From an uncultured Mycoplasmatota bacterium (GTDB taxonomy: Bacteria; Bacillota_I; Bacilli_A; RF39; UBA660): 64,000 nucleotides of DNA. Below are positions 25,347 to 35,605 of this stretch, one piece after another. Position 1 is the first letter of the stretch. Each line of letters starts with the position of its first letter. The notes beneath the pieces are model-generated. The model made no database searches, had not been told where the DNA came from, and was given only the letters and a program-made list of their open reading frames with translations. The stretch spans positions 23,623 through 87,622 of the forward strand of contig CAMZCT010000003.1 of assembly GCA_947305065.1 (NCBI GenBank), written 5' to 3'. The position numbers were made by a program, and so were the translations under genes.

Positions 25347-28254
25347 AGTTTGTATCACAAGTATTTGTTGAACTACATTTATTACATACATATACATTAA
25401 CTTTCTTTTTAGGTGATTCTAAATCATTTTTTGAAGCATATACTGTAACACCAGTAGGTTTATCACCAGAGAAGGTTACTTTACGCCCACCCTCTCTTGG
25501 AGTAGGATCGCCTTGAATTATATAACGTATATTAGCTTTACCAACATTTGAAGTAGCGTCTATGATGGTTCCTATTTCTGCTGACCCCCCTGCTCCTGGT
25601 CCGCTAAGACAAACATTGTATATATCGCCAACTAAAACACCGTTATTAATATCTATTGTAGGTACTGTTGTATCATCCACTTCTTCATCATCTTGAGTTC
25701 CTGGTTCAACATTAGAATCTTGTCTACCAGTAACGCTAACATTTACTGATACTCCAGAAGATTGATTAGCTTTATAAATACTATAAGCAGTTCTAACGGT
25801 AAAGTTATAATTTCCGTTTGTAGGAGGATTATAAGTATAGACAGTACCATCAGTAAAACCTATATCGGAAACTTGACCTTCAGAACTAGTCATATATATT
25901 TGATATCCTATATTACCAATAGAGGAATTATTATAATTAATTCTTCTATCATAAAAGGTTTTATAATTATCTTTACCATAAGCATTTATAAAATAGTTTT
26001 TTAAGTATTCTGAATCGGCAACTTCTGGCATAGCAGCAGCGCCCCAAGTTATAGTTACGCTTCCTCCAGCTTCTGAAGCAGATACGTTGGAAGGATTTCC
26101 TAATTGTTCAAATCTATTAGATATAACACTTGGTTCTGTACCTTTTTTGAATAATTCTGTTCCAATTAATTCGGCAGGGGTGTATGAACTGGGAAGTTCC
26201 GTTGGTATTGATTCTTTTTCATATTTACTAGATACGATTCCGCTAGGTCTAGTAAATTTAGAATTTCTCTTATAAATCTTGTTAGCTAAGACAGCTGATA
26301 TTTTCTTTCTTTGGATAGCAGCAGCTATAGCATCTGTCCAATCGTCATGTGTCAGTTTATCATAACCATAACGGAATGAAATAACATAATCAGGTGAATA
26401 AGTTAATACCCAGTTATCCATGGAAGCATTATCAGGAACTTTATTAGCTCTTAAGATATTTTTATCATAAGTAGAAGTACCTGTTTTAGAAGCAACTGTT
26501 GTTCCTGGAACGTTTATATTACCACCAACACCATTTTGGGTAGCGGTTACTAACATGTCGTTTATTAAGTAAGCTGTTTCAGGACTCATTGCCTGTCTTT
26601 TTTCTACTTTTCTTTCGTATATTTCATCAGTTTCTTCATAAATAATCTTTGTAAATGAATATGGTTCAATATAAGTACCACCACGAGCAAAGGTTCCGTA
26701 AGCAGCAGCCATATCTAATGGACTAACTTCCATACCTCCACCGATAGCATATGATTCATATAAAGTTTCATCAATTACATTTCCTTGAGAATCATATTTA
26801 TAATAATTGATTCCACAGTTAGTAACAAATTGAGCTACTTTAGCTTTATCTACAGCTTGGAAAGCTTGTAGAGCAGGTATATTTCTTGATTGTACTAGAG
26901 CTTGACGCATTGTCATAGCACCTTTATAACCATTATCAGAGTTTGTAATTATTGTTCCGTTTGAGAAACGGTATGGAATATCATAGAAGATTGTTCCAGG
27001 AGAACCATTGTTATATTCAATATATGGGCCATAATCAATTATTGGTTTAATTGTTGATCCTGGCTGATAGTTCTTACTTAAAGCTCTATTGAAAGCTCTT
27101 TGTGTAGTTTGATTACGACCACCATCAATAGCAGTAATAGATCCATCTTTAACGTTAGTAATTGCTAAACCTATTTGGATACGATCATTTACCCATTTAT
27201 AACCAAGTTCACCAGCATTTAATTTGTTTAGGGTGTCTTGGATTTCAGGATCTAATGTTGTATATATTAGCATTGGTACATCATATGGATTATTTCCAGT
27301 TACTCTTTTGACTTCGTTTACAACAACATCGATGTATGATTGATATTTATTTAATTCTGTATCTTCTTTTTTACTTAGTAAAGATTCAACTGGGATATCT
27401 TTAGCATCTTGTGCTTGCTCTTTAGTTATATAACCGTGTCTTACCATTAGGTTAAGAACAGTGTTTCTTCTTTGTGTGGCTAAATCAATACTATAGAATG
27501 GGTTATAAGATGATGGAGCATTGAAGATACCAGCAATTAGGGCAGCTTCAGTAAGAGATATATCAGTTACTGATTTACCAAAGTATACTTGACAGGCTTG
27601 TTCAACTCCGTAAGTATTACTTCCCATGAATGGTTTATTAACATACATTTCCATTATTTCTTCTTTAGTATAATTTTTTTCTAGTTTGAAAACAGCCATG
27701 TAGATATCTGTAAATTTTCTTATGATACCTTCAATACCGTGAGCTTCAGTAGATGTAAATGTGTTCTTAACTAATTGCATTGTTAAGGTTGAAGCACCAC
27801 CGGCACCAGATTGACCAGCTATTTGCCCAAAACCGGCTTTAGTAAAACGAACTATATCAAAACCATTATGCTGAAAGAATCTTGAATCTTCAGTAGCAAT
27901 TATAGCATCGATTAAAACTTCTGGTAGTTCATCATAAGTTTTCAATTCTCTTTGCTCACTACCAATACGGTCTATTTCGTTACCATCTTTATCATAAAGA
28001 ATAGTTGCTTCTTTATTATATAATAAGTCGGTATTGAATGCAGGGGCGGATATTACTATGTATGCACAGAAGGCTAGAGTAACACCCATCACAGCTATAC
28101 CTAACAACATAATCACTATTAGGATAAAGTTTAGAACTTTTCCTTTTCTTTTCTTTCTTTTTGGTTTTTCTTCAACTTTCTTTTTAGCCTTAGTATTTGT
28201 TTTGGCTACTTTATTTTTTACGGATATTAGTTTATTACCTTTTTCTTTTTTCAT
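25345..28254 (-). CDS. ponA: Bifunctional class A penicillin-binding protein (glycosyltransferase GT51 + transpeptidase) with a long C-terminal extension
   Basis: GT51 motifs EDSRFFQHNGFD and GASTLTMQL. Transpeptidase motifs STIKP, SRN and KTGT. N-terminal TM anchor. recU-ponA synteny. Confidence 0.9.
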   Translation of the reverse strand: MKKEKGNKLISVKNKVAKTNTKAKKKVEEKPKRKKRKGKVLNFILIVIMLLGIAVMGVTLAFCAYIVISAPAFNTDLLYNKEATILYDKDGNEIDRIGSEQRELKTYDELPEVLIDAIIATEDSRFFQHNGFDIVRFTKAGFGQIAGQSGAGGASTLTMQLVKNTFTSTEAHGIEGIIRKFTDIYMAVFKLEKNYTKEEIMEMYVNKPFMGSNTYGVEQACQVYFGKSVTDISLTEAALIAGIFNAPSSYNPFYSIDLATQRRNTVLNLMVRHGYITKEQAQDAKDIPVESLLSKKEDTELNKYQSYIDVVVNEVKRVTGNNPYDVPMLIYTTLDPEIQDTLNKLNAGELGYKWVNDRIQIGLAITNVKDGSITAIDGGRNQTTQRAFNRALSKNYQPGSTIKPIIDYGPYIEYNNGSPGTIFYDIPYRFSNGTIITNSDNGYKGAMTMRQALVQSRNIPALQAFQAVDKAKVAQFVTNCGINYYKYDSQGNVIDETLYESYAIGGGMEVSPLDMAAAYGTFARGGTYIEPYSFTKIIYEETDEIYERKVEKRQAMSPETAYLINDMLVTATQNGVGGNINVPGTTVASKTGTSTYDKNILRANKVPDNASMDNWVLTYSPDYVISFRYGYDKLTHDDWTDAIAAAIQRKKISAVLANKIYKRNSKFTRPSGIVSSKYEKESIPTELPSSYTPAELIGTELFKKGTEPSVISNRFEQLGNPSNVSASEAGGSVTITWGAAAMPEVADSEYLKNYFINAYGKDNYKTFYDRRINYNNSSIGNIGYQIYMTSSEGQVSDIGFTDGTVYTYNPPTNGNYNFTVRTAYSIYKANQSSGVSVNVSVTGRQDSNVEPGTQDDEEVDDTTVPTIDINNGVLVGDIYNVCLSGPGAGGSAEIGTIIDATSNVGKANIRYIIQGDPTPREGGRKVTFSGDKPTGVTVYASKNDLESPKKKVNVYVCNKCSSTNTCDTN

Positions 28255-28256
28255 AT

Positions 28257-28820
28257 CTATTCTCCTTCAAAATATATTTCATCAATAGTGTTTAGATAAT
28301 CTAAAGCTGGTTGATAATTTTCTTTTACTAAGTAAGCTTTATTCTTAATGTAAGAATATGGTATAGATTTTCTATCGTTGTTATCGATAAAATCTAGAAA
28401 ATCTTCTCCTCTTAGTAAGTAATAATAATTGTTCATTTTAATAATTAAAAAAGCTATACCTTTATGTTTTATTACTCCTCTTATTTGTTCAATCTGATGA
28501 TCATGAACATTGGCGATAGGAAAAGCTGTTTTATTAAGAGTTTCTTTAGCATCAAATTCAATATATTTTCCTCTATATATTCCGTTGTAATCTAAAGTTG
28601 ATTGCTCTTTAAAATAAGCTTTTTTAATTAATTTTTTGTGATTATTATAAGAAACTTCTGCAACACCAATAGGTGTTGGTTTCTTATATATTAAAGCAAT
28701 ATCTTTATCTACATAGTATTCGTTGGCTTTATTTAGAAGATTTTCTAAAGACATACCTCTGTTACTATGACTAACAGTCATATGATTGTAATTCTTCTTA
28801 ATGTTGTTAGGATATTGCAT
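28257..28820 (-). CDS. recU: Holliday junction resolvase RecU
   Basis: LDYNGIYRGKYIEFDAKET catalytic core pattern. ~187 aa. Immediately upstream of ponA, as in Bacillus. Confidence 0.85.
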   Translation of the reverse strand: MQYPNNIKKNYNHMTVSHSNRGMSLENLLNKANEYYVDKDIALIYKKPTPIGVAEVSYNNHKKLIKKAYFKEQSTLDYNGIYRGKYIEFDAKETLNKTAFPIANVHDHQIEQIRGVIKHKGIAFLIIKMNNYYYLLRGEDFLDFIDNNDRKSIPYSYIKNKAYLVKENYQPALDYLNTIDEIYFEGE

Positions 28821-29012
28821 GTAATCACCTTTAGTAATTATACTACATAATAAATTTAAAATATAGTGTTTTTGAACTAATAAAAAATTAAAAATTGGAT
28901 CTTAATAAAGAGATTTATTGGTGTTTATTTAAATAAATTAATTGGTATAAAATATAGTTATTATTGCAATATTATTTATAAAGTATAGTTATAGTTGATA
29001 AAAGTCCCTACC

Positions 29013-29042
29013 TTGACAAGGAACTATTATAGACTTTATAAT
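29013..29042 (+). promoter_or_regulatory. Putative sigma-A promoter of gpsB
   Basis: TTGACA at 29013-29018, an 18-nt spacer, then TATAAT at 29037-29042. Confidence 0.5.
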
Positions 29043-29066
29043 ATTCGTGTAAGAAGGGTGAATGCT

Positions 29067-29420
29067 ATGTATGGAGATAAAATATCTTTAACTATTGAAG
29101 ATATCTTAAATAAAGATTTTAAAATTGATGCTAGAGGATTTAGACCTCAAGAAGTTGATAGGTTCTTAGATACTATTATTGCGGATTATAATGAGTATAA
29201 TAATATGATAAAAGAATATAGAAAAGAAATTAGTTTATTAAATGATGAAAATACAAGACTTAAGAATGAACTAAGAAGGTTAAAGGATAATATCTCTGCG
29301 GCAGAAAAAGATGGTGCTCATGGTAATACTGTCAACAATGTAGATTTATTGAGACGATTAAGTCAATTAGAAAAGGTGGTTTTTGGAGACAATAATAATA
29401 ATAATGGTAATAAGGAATAA
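29067..29420 (+). CDS. gpsB: Cell-cycle protein GpsB (DivIVA-domain)
   Basis: LTIEDILNKDFKIDARGFRPQEVDRFLDTIIADY is the DivIVA/GpsB N-terminal domain, followed by a coiled coil. Small size. Divergent from recU-ponA and next to rnpB, as in Bacillus. Start at ATG 29067 (RBS GAAGGGTG). Confidence 0.8.
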   Translation: MYGDKISLTIEDILNKDFKIDARGFRPQEVDRFLDTIIADYNEYNNMIKEYRKEISLLNDENTRLKNELRRLKDNISAAEKDGAHGNTVNNVDLLRRLSQLEKVVFGDNNNNNGNKE

Positions 29421-29760
29421 AACTTAGGCAAATGCGATATACTTCGGGTATATTGAGGAAAGTCCAAGCTCACACAATCTGCGATGGTTGTAGTGTTCGT
29501 GCTAAGGGAAAAGATAACCTTAGGCAGTAATTTACTGACGGCTTCGAAATAGTCCCTCTGGGATTAAAGTAGATATAAAAGTGCCAAAGAGACGAGTCTA
29601 GAAAGTAATTTCTAGAGTGGAACGTGGTAAACCCCGCGAGTGAGAAACCCAAATTTGGTAGGGGAGTCCTTACTAGGAATTGAACGATGTAAGGAACCTA
29701 GAAATAGGTAGATAAATATTTGCCACTCCGTAAGGAGTACAGAACGTGGCTTATTAAGTT
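29421..29760 (+). ncRNA. rnpB: RNase P RNA (bacterial type B)
   Basis: Universally conserved GAGGAAAGTCC (29454-29464) and ACAGAACGTGGCTTA near the 3' end. P1 pairing is AACTTA (29421-29426) with TAAGTT (29755-29760). GGCAAAT pairs with ATTTGCC. The ends are approximate. Confidence 0.9.
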
Positions 29761-29795
29761 TTATTTTTATTATTAAGAAAGGAACGTGAATAATC

Positions 29796-30275
29796 TTGAA
29801 TGAGATTGGAGAACTTCTGAGAACGACACGAGAGAGCTCAGGAGTTAGTTTGGAGGAAGCTAGTTCCGATTTAGATATCAAACCCCTGGTGTTGGAAAAT
29901 ATTGAAAATGGAAACATAGGTTGTTTCAAAGATATTTTTGCTTTAAAAGAAGATTTGATTAATTATGCTAAATATTTGGGATTAGATTCTAAAAAGATTG
30001 TCGACGATTTTAATGATTATTTGTTTGAATATACTTCGAAAATTCCAATAGATGACATTGAAAAGGCAATAATGGAAAAGAAGAAAGAAGAAAGCAAAGA
30101 GGCTAGAGAAAAAGTTGTTTCTCCTTACACAAATTCTATTAAGAAAAAAGGGCAAAAATGGATAGTTTTATACGTTATAATAGCAGTAATTGCTTTAATT
30201 GTAGTTGTATGGGCTGTTAAACAAATAACAGGTAATACCAGTACAAATAATATGGTTAGTTATGTAGAAGGATAG
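29796..30275 (+). CDS. RodZ-like HTH (XRE-type) membrane protein
   Basis: N-terminal HTH IGELLRTTRESSGVSLEEASSDLDIKPLVLENIENGN and a single TM (WIVLYVIIAVIALIVVVWAV). Lies upstream of pgsA-recA, like B. subtilis ymfM/rodZ. TTG start. Confidence 0.6.
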   Translation: MNEIGELLRTTRESSGVSLEEASSDLDIKPLVLENIENGNIGCFKDIFALKEDLINYAKYLGLDSKKIVDDFNDYLFEYTSKIPIDDIEKAIMEKKKEESKEAREKVVSPYTNSIKKKGQKWIVLYVIIAVIALIVVVWAVKQITGNTSTNNMVSYVEG

Positions 30276-30285
30276 GTGTTATAAA

Positions 30286-30918
30286 ATGACTAAGAAAGAA
30301 GAAAGTAAAAAAGGGATGAATTTACCAAATAAGATTACTTGTGTAAGATTGGTTATATCTGTAATGGTTTTATTACTATTATGTTTGCCTTGGCAACAAA
30401 TGAAGGTAGAATGGCCTTTATATAGTGTGTATGGAATAGAAGTAGTAAATCTAAAATATATAATAGCCGGTGTATTATTCCTTATTGGATCTGTAACAGA
30501 TTTTTTAGATGGATACATTGCTAGAAAATATAATATGGTTACAGACTTTGGAAAAGTAATGGACGCAATAGCAGATAAGGTATTAGTTAACGGAGTATTA
30601 ATTATACTAGCTTATGATAAGTTTATACCTCTTGCAGTTCCAGTAATTATTATTTCTAGAGATATATTTGTTGATTCAATAAAAATGGTTGCTGGTAGTA
30701 AAAAAGGTGCAGTTGCTGCAGCTTGGCCAGGTAAAATTAAAACAATTTGTATGATGATAGGAGTTACATTAGTATTCTTCTATAATATGCCATTTGCATT
30801 TATAGGTAATGGTATTAGAATTGATTACTTATTTGTATTTGTTGCAACTGTTATGAGTATAGTGTCTGGATGTCAATATTATTTATCTTATAAAGATGTT
30901 ATACTTTCAGATGTATAA
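30286..30918 (+). CDS. pgsA: CDP-diacylglycerol--glycerol-3-phosphate 3-phosphatidyltransferase
   Basis: CDP-alcohol phosphatidyltransferase motif DGYIARKYNMVTDFGKVMDAIADK. Polytopic. Confidence 0.9.
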   Translation: MTKKEESKKGMNLPNKITCVRLVISVMVLLLLCLPWQQMKVEWPLYSVYGIEVVNLKYIIAGVLFLIGSVTDFLDGYIARKYNMVTDFGKVMDAIADKVLVNGVLIILAYDKFIPLAVPVIIISRDIFVDSIKMVAGSKKGAVAAAWPGKIKTICMMIGVTLVFFYNMPFAFIGNGIRIDYLFVFVATVMSIVSGCQYYLSYKDVILSDV

Positions 30919-30979
30919 AAAGAGTTTTTTAGAAAGAATTTTGTAATAAATTCTTTTTTTTACGTAAAAATATTCGCCA

Positions 30980-30991
30980 AAACAAATGTTT
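30980..30991 (+). promoter_or_regulatory. Possible degenerate LexA (Cheo-type) box upstream of recA
   Basis: The palindrome AAAC-AAAT-GTTT resembles the Firmicute consensus GAAC-N4-GTTC, with one symmetric change per arm. It lies 12 nt upstream of the recA -35 element. Confidence 0.3.
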
Positions 30992-31002
30992 GTAAAATTG
31001 TC

Positions 31003-31030
31003 TTGACAAATGAATAAATAATATTATAAA
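31003..31030 (+). promoter_or_regulatory. Putative sigma-A promoter of recA
   Basis: TTGACA at 31003-31008, a 16-nt spacer, then TATAAA at 31025-31030. Confidence 0.5.
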
Positions 31031-31063
31031 ATTATCTTGTGATGACACGAGGAGGAAATGAAA

Positions 31064-32116
31064 ATGGTAAAAGAGAGTAAAGATGATAAGATATTAGATC
31101 AAGTATTATTAGATATAGAAAAACAATTTGGTAAAGGATCAATTATGAGATTGGGTTCTGATAGTCATATGAATATAGAAACGACTTCTTCAGGATCAAT
31201 TGCTCTAGACATCGCTTTAGGGGTTGGAGGATATCCAAAAGGAAGAATAGTAGAAATATATGGACCAGAGTCATCTGGTAAAACTACCTTTGCTTTACAT
31301 GCAATTGCAGAAGTTCAAAAAAAAGGAGGTAGGGCTGCATTCATAGATGCAGAACATGCTTTAGACCCTGTATATGCAAAACATTTAGGTGTTGATATTG
31401 ATAATTTACTATTGTCACAACCAGATACTGGTGAACAAGCTTTAGAAATATGTGAAGCATTGATAAGAAGTGAAGTTATAGATTTAATAGTTATCGACTC
31501 AGTAGCTGCATTGGTTCCGCAGGCAGAAATCGAAGGGGAAATGGGAGATTCTCATGTTGGTTTACAAGCGAGACTTATGAGTCAGGCATTAAGAAAAATT
31601 ACTGGTATTTTGATGAAGACAAAGACTACAGCAATTTTTATAAATCAATTACGTGAAAAAGTTGGAGTAATATTTGGTAATCCTGAAACTACACCAGGTG
31701 GTAGAGCATTAAAGTTTTATTCAACTATTAGATTAGAAGTAAGAAAAGCTGAAAGTATAAAAATGGGAGATCAAGTAATTGGAAGTAGGACTAACGTTAA
31801 GATAGTAAAAAATAAAGTTGCTCCACCATTTAAAACTGCTCAAGTAGAGATAATGTATGGTACTGGTGTTTCTAGAGAAAGTGATATTATTGAAATTGCT
31901 ACTGACATTGGAATATTAGAAAAGAGTGGCGCTTGGTATGCATATAATGGTGAGAAGATTGGCCAAGGAAAAGAAAATGTTAAGAATTATTTGAAAGAGC
32001 ATACAGATGTTAGAGACGAATTAGAATACAAAGTTAGAGAGCACTATAATATCTTAGGGGATATGAAGAAAAAGGAAAATAAAAAGAGTTCTAATGACGA
32101 AAAGGAAAATGAGTAA
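31064..32116 (+). CDS. recA: Recombinase RecA
   Basis: Walker [10 protein letters not shown]. Canonical RecA sequence throughout ([30 protein letters not shown]). ATG 31064 is better spaced from GGAGG than 31058. Confidence 0.97.
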   Translation: MVKESKDDKILDQVLLDIEKQFGKGSIMRLGSDSHMNIETTSSGSIALDIALGVGGYPKGRIVEIYGPESSGKTTFALHAIAEVQKKGGRAAFIDAEHALDPVYAKHLGVDIDNLLLSQPDTGEQALEICEALIRSEVIDLIVIDSVAALVPQAEIEGEMGDSHVGLQARLMSQALRKITGILMKTKTTAIFINQLREKVGVIFGNPETTPGGRALKFYSTIRLEVRKAESIKMGDQVIGSRTNVKIVKNKVAPPFKTAQVEIMYGTGVSRESDIIEIATDIGILEKSGAWYAYNGEKIGQGKENVKNYLKEHTDVRDELEYKVREHYNILGDMKKKENKKSSNDEKENE

Positions 32117-32132
32117 TTTTCCTTTATTTTTT
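32101..32132 (+). terminator. Rho-independent terminator after recA
   Basis: Stem AAAGGAAAA/TTTTCCTTT with a 7-nt loop containing the stop codon, then a T-run. Confidence 0.65.
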
Positions 32133-32177
32133 GGGTAAAATAAATTATAATAATGAATAGTAAGAGAGGTATAAATT

Positions 32178-34529
32178 ATGAAGAGAAACTCTGATTTAGA
32201 TGATACTAAACCAATACAAATTATTGGTGATGACCTTTTAAACGAAGATGAAAACTCTAGTGTAATGACTAGAGAGGAAAAATATAAAGATCGTGATATT
32301 GAGGAGGAACTTATTGAAACTAAGGAATTGAAAGAATTAGTTGAGATAAGCGATGCGGAAAAAGAAGCTTTGGAAAATGCCGAAGAAGCTTTGGTAGAAA
32401 AAAATATTAACGAAGCTGAAAAGTTATTACAAGAGGAAGCAATAGAAAAGGAAGCATATGATAAGAAGGAAGAGAAATTAACCTTGCTTGATAAATGGAA
32501 AAACATGTCAAAAAGGAAGAAAGTACTTATTATTGTTTTATCTCTTGTTATATTGGCCATTATTATTACTTTGTTGGTTCTATTATTAGGTAAAGAAGAG
32601 AAAAAGGTAGAACCTAAAAAGAAGAAAGCCGAAGAAAAAATAACTATTGTTGATAATTATTATTATAAGAAAGGCAAGTTACATATTCTTGATGCTAAAC
32701 AAAATGAAATCGGCGTATATGAATGTAAAAATAAAGATGAAGAAAAGTGTTATGTTGCAATTAATACTTATCGTGATTCTTTAGATGTACCTAGGGTATT
32801 AGATGCTGAAGGTAATGATAAAGTAGAGAGAATGCCAGTTTATAATGATGATCATGTATTTATTTATGATAACGATAATGCTACTGGTGGGAAAATAGTT
32901 TTATATTCTTTAAAAGAGGGGGTAGAGAAAGCTACTTATTTAGAGGTTAAAGCCTTTGATGGGGATTTCTTAATATTAAAGGATGAAAATGAAAAATATG
33001 GGTTATTCCAGTTTAAAGAAGTTTTGAATATTGTTATTTCACCTACATATAATAAGTTATATATGATTGATGGAACTGATGAATTAGTTGGAGAAACTGG
33101 AAAAGGATATGTATTAATCGATAAGGTTGGAAAGAATTTAAGTAGTGTCTTAACAACTACGGGAGAGATTAAATATTATAATAATTATTATTTAGTCGTT
33201 AAGGAAAACGACAAGTATAGTGCTATTGATACTAAGAATAATGTTATTCTTAGTGATCAACAATTCATTACTGTCGATGATAAATATATATTTGCTGTTG
33301 ATACCAAGAATAACCTTTATGTTAGAGATAATGAAGGATCTAAGTATAATGAAGTACCTATTTCTTTAAAGAATAATAATTATGTCCCTGGTTATATGTA
33401 TGATGAGAATGGTAAGTTGAAAAAGACGATGTTATCATTTAAACCAACAGTTCAAAAAACTGTTATTGATGTAATGCCATATAATAAAAAGTATGAGGAA
33501 GATAAAAATGTTTCGATTAATCTATTAGAAGGAACACTTAATAAGTCATTTAAATATTATAGTTATTTTGATGGCTTGTTATATTTCTATGCTGATGAAA
33601 CTAAGGTGGCACCAATTGGTAGTTATAAATGTAGTGTAGTTAATAATGTTACAGCTAATAATATGGCTTTAACTAATTGTTTACCAGCTGTAGATTCTAT
33701 TTTTGAAGATAATGATATGATGGATATAGGAGAAGAGAATAGACGTAGTACTATACCTTTATATAATGGTAGATTTGCTTTTATTCAGGATGGAGCGAAG
33801 AATATAATTCTTTATGATTTAGCAGAGAATAAAGCAAAATCATCTTATACTCAAGTTAATACTTATACTCCTAATAACGATAATAATTTTGTATTAGCTA
33901 ATGGTGACTTTTATGTTGTTGGAGTTAATAAAAAAGGTTTATTTGGAATAGTAAGTGTTGGAGCAACAAGTGTTCAATCTGTATATCCATTTGAATATAA
34001 ACATATAGAAAAAGCTGGAAGTAGATTTATTGCTAAAAATCAAAGCGATAAGTGGGTTGTCTTAGGTGGAAACGGAACTGAGTATAAGTTTAAGATAAGA
34101 GGATATTCTAAGGATTTAGACTTACTTAAGGTAAAAGGATCTAATTATGATGTTGTAGATAGTAAAGGTAATATAATTGATTCTGACTTGAAATATGTTC
34201 AAATATATGATACTTATTATGCTGGAGTAGATAAAAATAACAAGTTAATGTTATATACTTATGATGGTTATACGTTATTAAAAGATTCAGTTCAATTAAG
34301 TTCTACAACTTATTGTCGTACTGATAAGCCATCCTTTAAAGTAAATTCTACTACTGATGGTAAAGTTAGAACATTTGTAATATCTGTCTTTAATGGAACA
34401 GAATATAAAGATATAGTTGTTAAAGAGAAAAATGCAGATGTTTCTGAACCAGAAGACGATAAAGAAAAAGAAAAGGAACCCCCTGAAAAACCAGAAACTA
34501 ATCCAGATGAACATAATGGTGGGGAGTAA
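32178..34529 (+). CDS. Membrane-anchored protein: acidic cytoplasmic N-terminus, one TM, large extracellular beta-repeat (WG/KWG-like) region
   Basis: TM is VLIIVLSLVILAIIITLLVLLL. Recurrent (K/D)(Y/W)G(L/V)(F/I) and YxxVxxF-type strands (EKYGLFQF, KGLFGIVS, DKWVVLG). Charged Pro/Glu tail. Confidence 0.6.
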   Translation: MKRNSDLDDTKPIQIIGDDLLNEDENSSVMTREEKYKDRDIEEELIETKELKELVEISDAEKEALENAEEALVEKNINEAEKLLQEEAIEKEAYDKKEEKLTLLDKWKNMSKRKKVLIIVLSLVILAIIITLLVLLLGKEEKKVEPKKKKAEEKITIVDNYYYKKGKLHILDAKQNEIGVYECKNKDEEKCYVAINTYRDSLDVPRVLDAEGNDKVERMPVYNDDHVFIYDNDNATGGKIVLYSLKEGVEKATYLEVKAFDGDFLILKDENEKYGLFQFKEVLNIVISPTYNKLYMIDGTDELVGETGKGYVLIDKVGKNLSSVLTTTGEIKYYNNYYLVVKENDKYSAIDTKNNVILSDQQFITVDDKYIFAVDTKNNLYVRDNEGSKYNEVPISLKNNNYVPGYMYDENGKLKKTMLSFKPTVQKTVIDVMPYNKKYEEDKNVSINLLEGTLNKSFKYYSYFDGLLYFYADETKVAPIGSYKCSVVNNVTANNMALTNCLPAVDSIFEDNDMMDIGEENRRSTIPLYNGRFAFIQDGAKNIILYDLAENKAKSSYTQVNTYTPNNDNNFVLANGDFYVVGVNKKGLFGIVSVGATSVQSVYPFEYKHIEKAGSRFIAKNQSDKWVVLGGNGTEYKFKIRGYSKDLDLLKVKGSNYDVVDSKGNIIDSDLKYVQIYDTYYAGVDKNNKLMLYTYDGYTLLKDSVQLSSTTYCRTDKPSFKVNSTTDGKVRTFVISVFNGTEYKDIVVKEKNADVSEPEDDKEKEKEPPEKPETNPDEHNGGE

Positions 34530-34549
34530 AAAGTTGGTTGGTGATATAA

Positions 34550-35605
34550 ATGGATGAAAATGCTGTAGCTGAAAAAGAGAAAAAGAACAAAAAAATCGCA
34601 TTATTTGCGATGATTGGTGTATGTGGTTTATGTTTTATATTTGGTGTAATAGGTGGAATAACAAAGTTTATTAGCTTTGTTAATGAAACCGGTGAAAATA
34701 CTGAAGAAAACATGAAAACTCCAGTACAAAAAGAGTTTAGTGATGGCGTTTTTAATATTTTAAATGGTAATAATGTTTTAGGTACTTATAAATGTACTCA
34801 TAAACAATGCGGTTATGTATATGGATATAATGATGATAATTTGTATGATTTGAAGACTGTCGATTTAGGTGAGTATCAAATAAGAAAAGTAATTAATAAC
34901 CGATTTGTTTTATTGTATGATGATGACGAAGATACCGGATCTCTTCATAGAAGTGGGGGAGTTAAGGTATATGATTTTGTGGGAAGTAAGGTCGTAAGAG
35001 AATTTAAGGCTATAAAGAACTATAATAGAAATGATATGCTAGTATTTATTGCTCAAGATACGAATGATAAATGGGGCGTTATTAAATTTGATAAAGATCA
35101 AGTTGTTGATATGGTAAAACCTAATTTTGATTATATTGGGGCTTATGTACCAACTGGGGAATTATTAAATAGTCAACTATACTATGCAGCTTTTAATAAT
35201 AATGATTGGTTTATTATCTATATAAATGATGGTTCTGTGTATTCAAAGGAATTCAATGAACCAATAGTGGCTTATGATGGTGAAATGCTTGTTACTAAAA
35301 ACGATAATTCTTTCAATGTTTATGATGTTAAAGGTAATTTGTTATTTAGGGATGCCAAGGATTTTAACTTTACAGGTAGTGGTTTGTTAGTAGTTAATAA
35401 TTTGAGTACTGTTACGGTTTTTGATGCATATGCTATTACTTCGCTTTATTCTCATAATTATGTTCAGGTTGGTAGTGTAACTGCGGAAGAGAGTAGTACT
35501 GGTATAGTAATCAAAGTAAATGGTGAAGTAGTTTATAATAAACCTGATAAAAAGAAGAGTAATCGTAATAGAAACGGTGCAGATTATCAATTAATAGTTT
35601 CATAA
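34550..35605 (+). CDS. Membrane-anchored WG-repeat-like protein (shorter paralogue of the preceding gene)
   Basis: TM is IALFAMIGVCGLCFIFGVIGGI. NDKWGVIKFDKD motif. It shares the upstream gene's C-x-x-x-x-C / 'YxC' N-proximal pattern (GVYECKNK... versus GTYKCTHKQC). Confidence 0.6.
   Translation: MDENAVAEKEKKNKKIALFAMIGVCGLCFIFGVIGGITKFISFVNETGENTEENMKTPVQKEFSDGVFNILNGNNVLGTYKCTHKQCGYVYGYNDDNLYDLKTVDLGEYQIRKVINNRFVLLYDDDEDTGSLHRSGGVKVYDFVGSKVVREFKAIKNYNRNDMLVFIAQDTNDKWGVIKFDKDQVVDMVKPNFDYIGAYVPTGELLNSQLYYAAFNNNDWFIIYINDGSVYSKEFNEPIVAYDGEMLVTKNDNSFNVYDVKGNLLFRDAKDFNFTGSGLLVVNNLSTVTVFDAYAITSLYSHNYVQVGSVTAEESSTGIVIKVNGEVVYNKPDKKKSNRNRNGADYQLIVS

Noticed and set aside
25762-28288. Plus-strand ORFs 25762..26004, 26087..26275 and 28034..28288, opposite ponA
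   Set aside because: They are antisense shadows of the well-supported PBP gene.
29470-29929. Minus-strand ORFs 29470..29652 and 29612..29929
   Set aside because: They overlap the RNase P RNA gene and the 5' end of the rodZ-like gene. The region is fully explained by rnpB (GAGGAAAGTCC core and P1 pairing).
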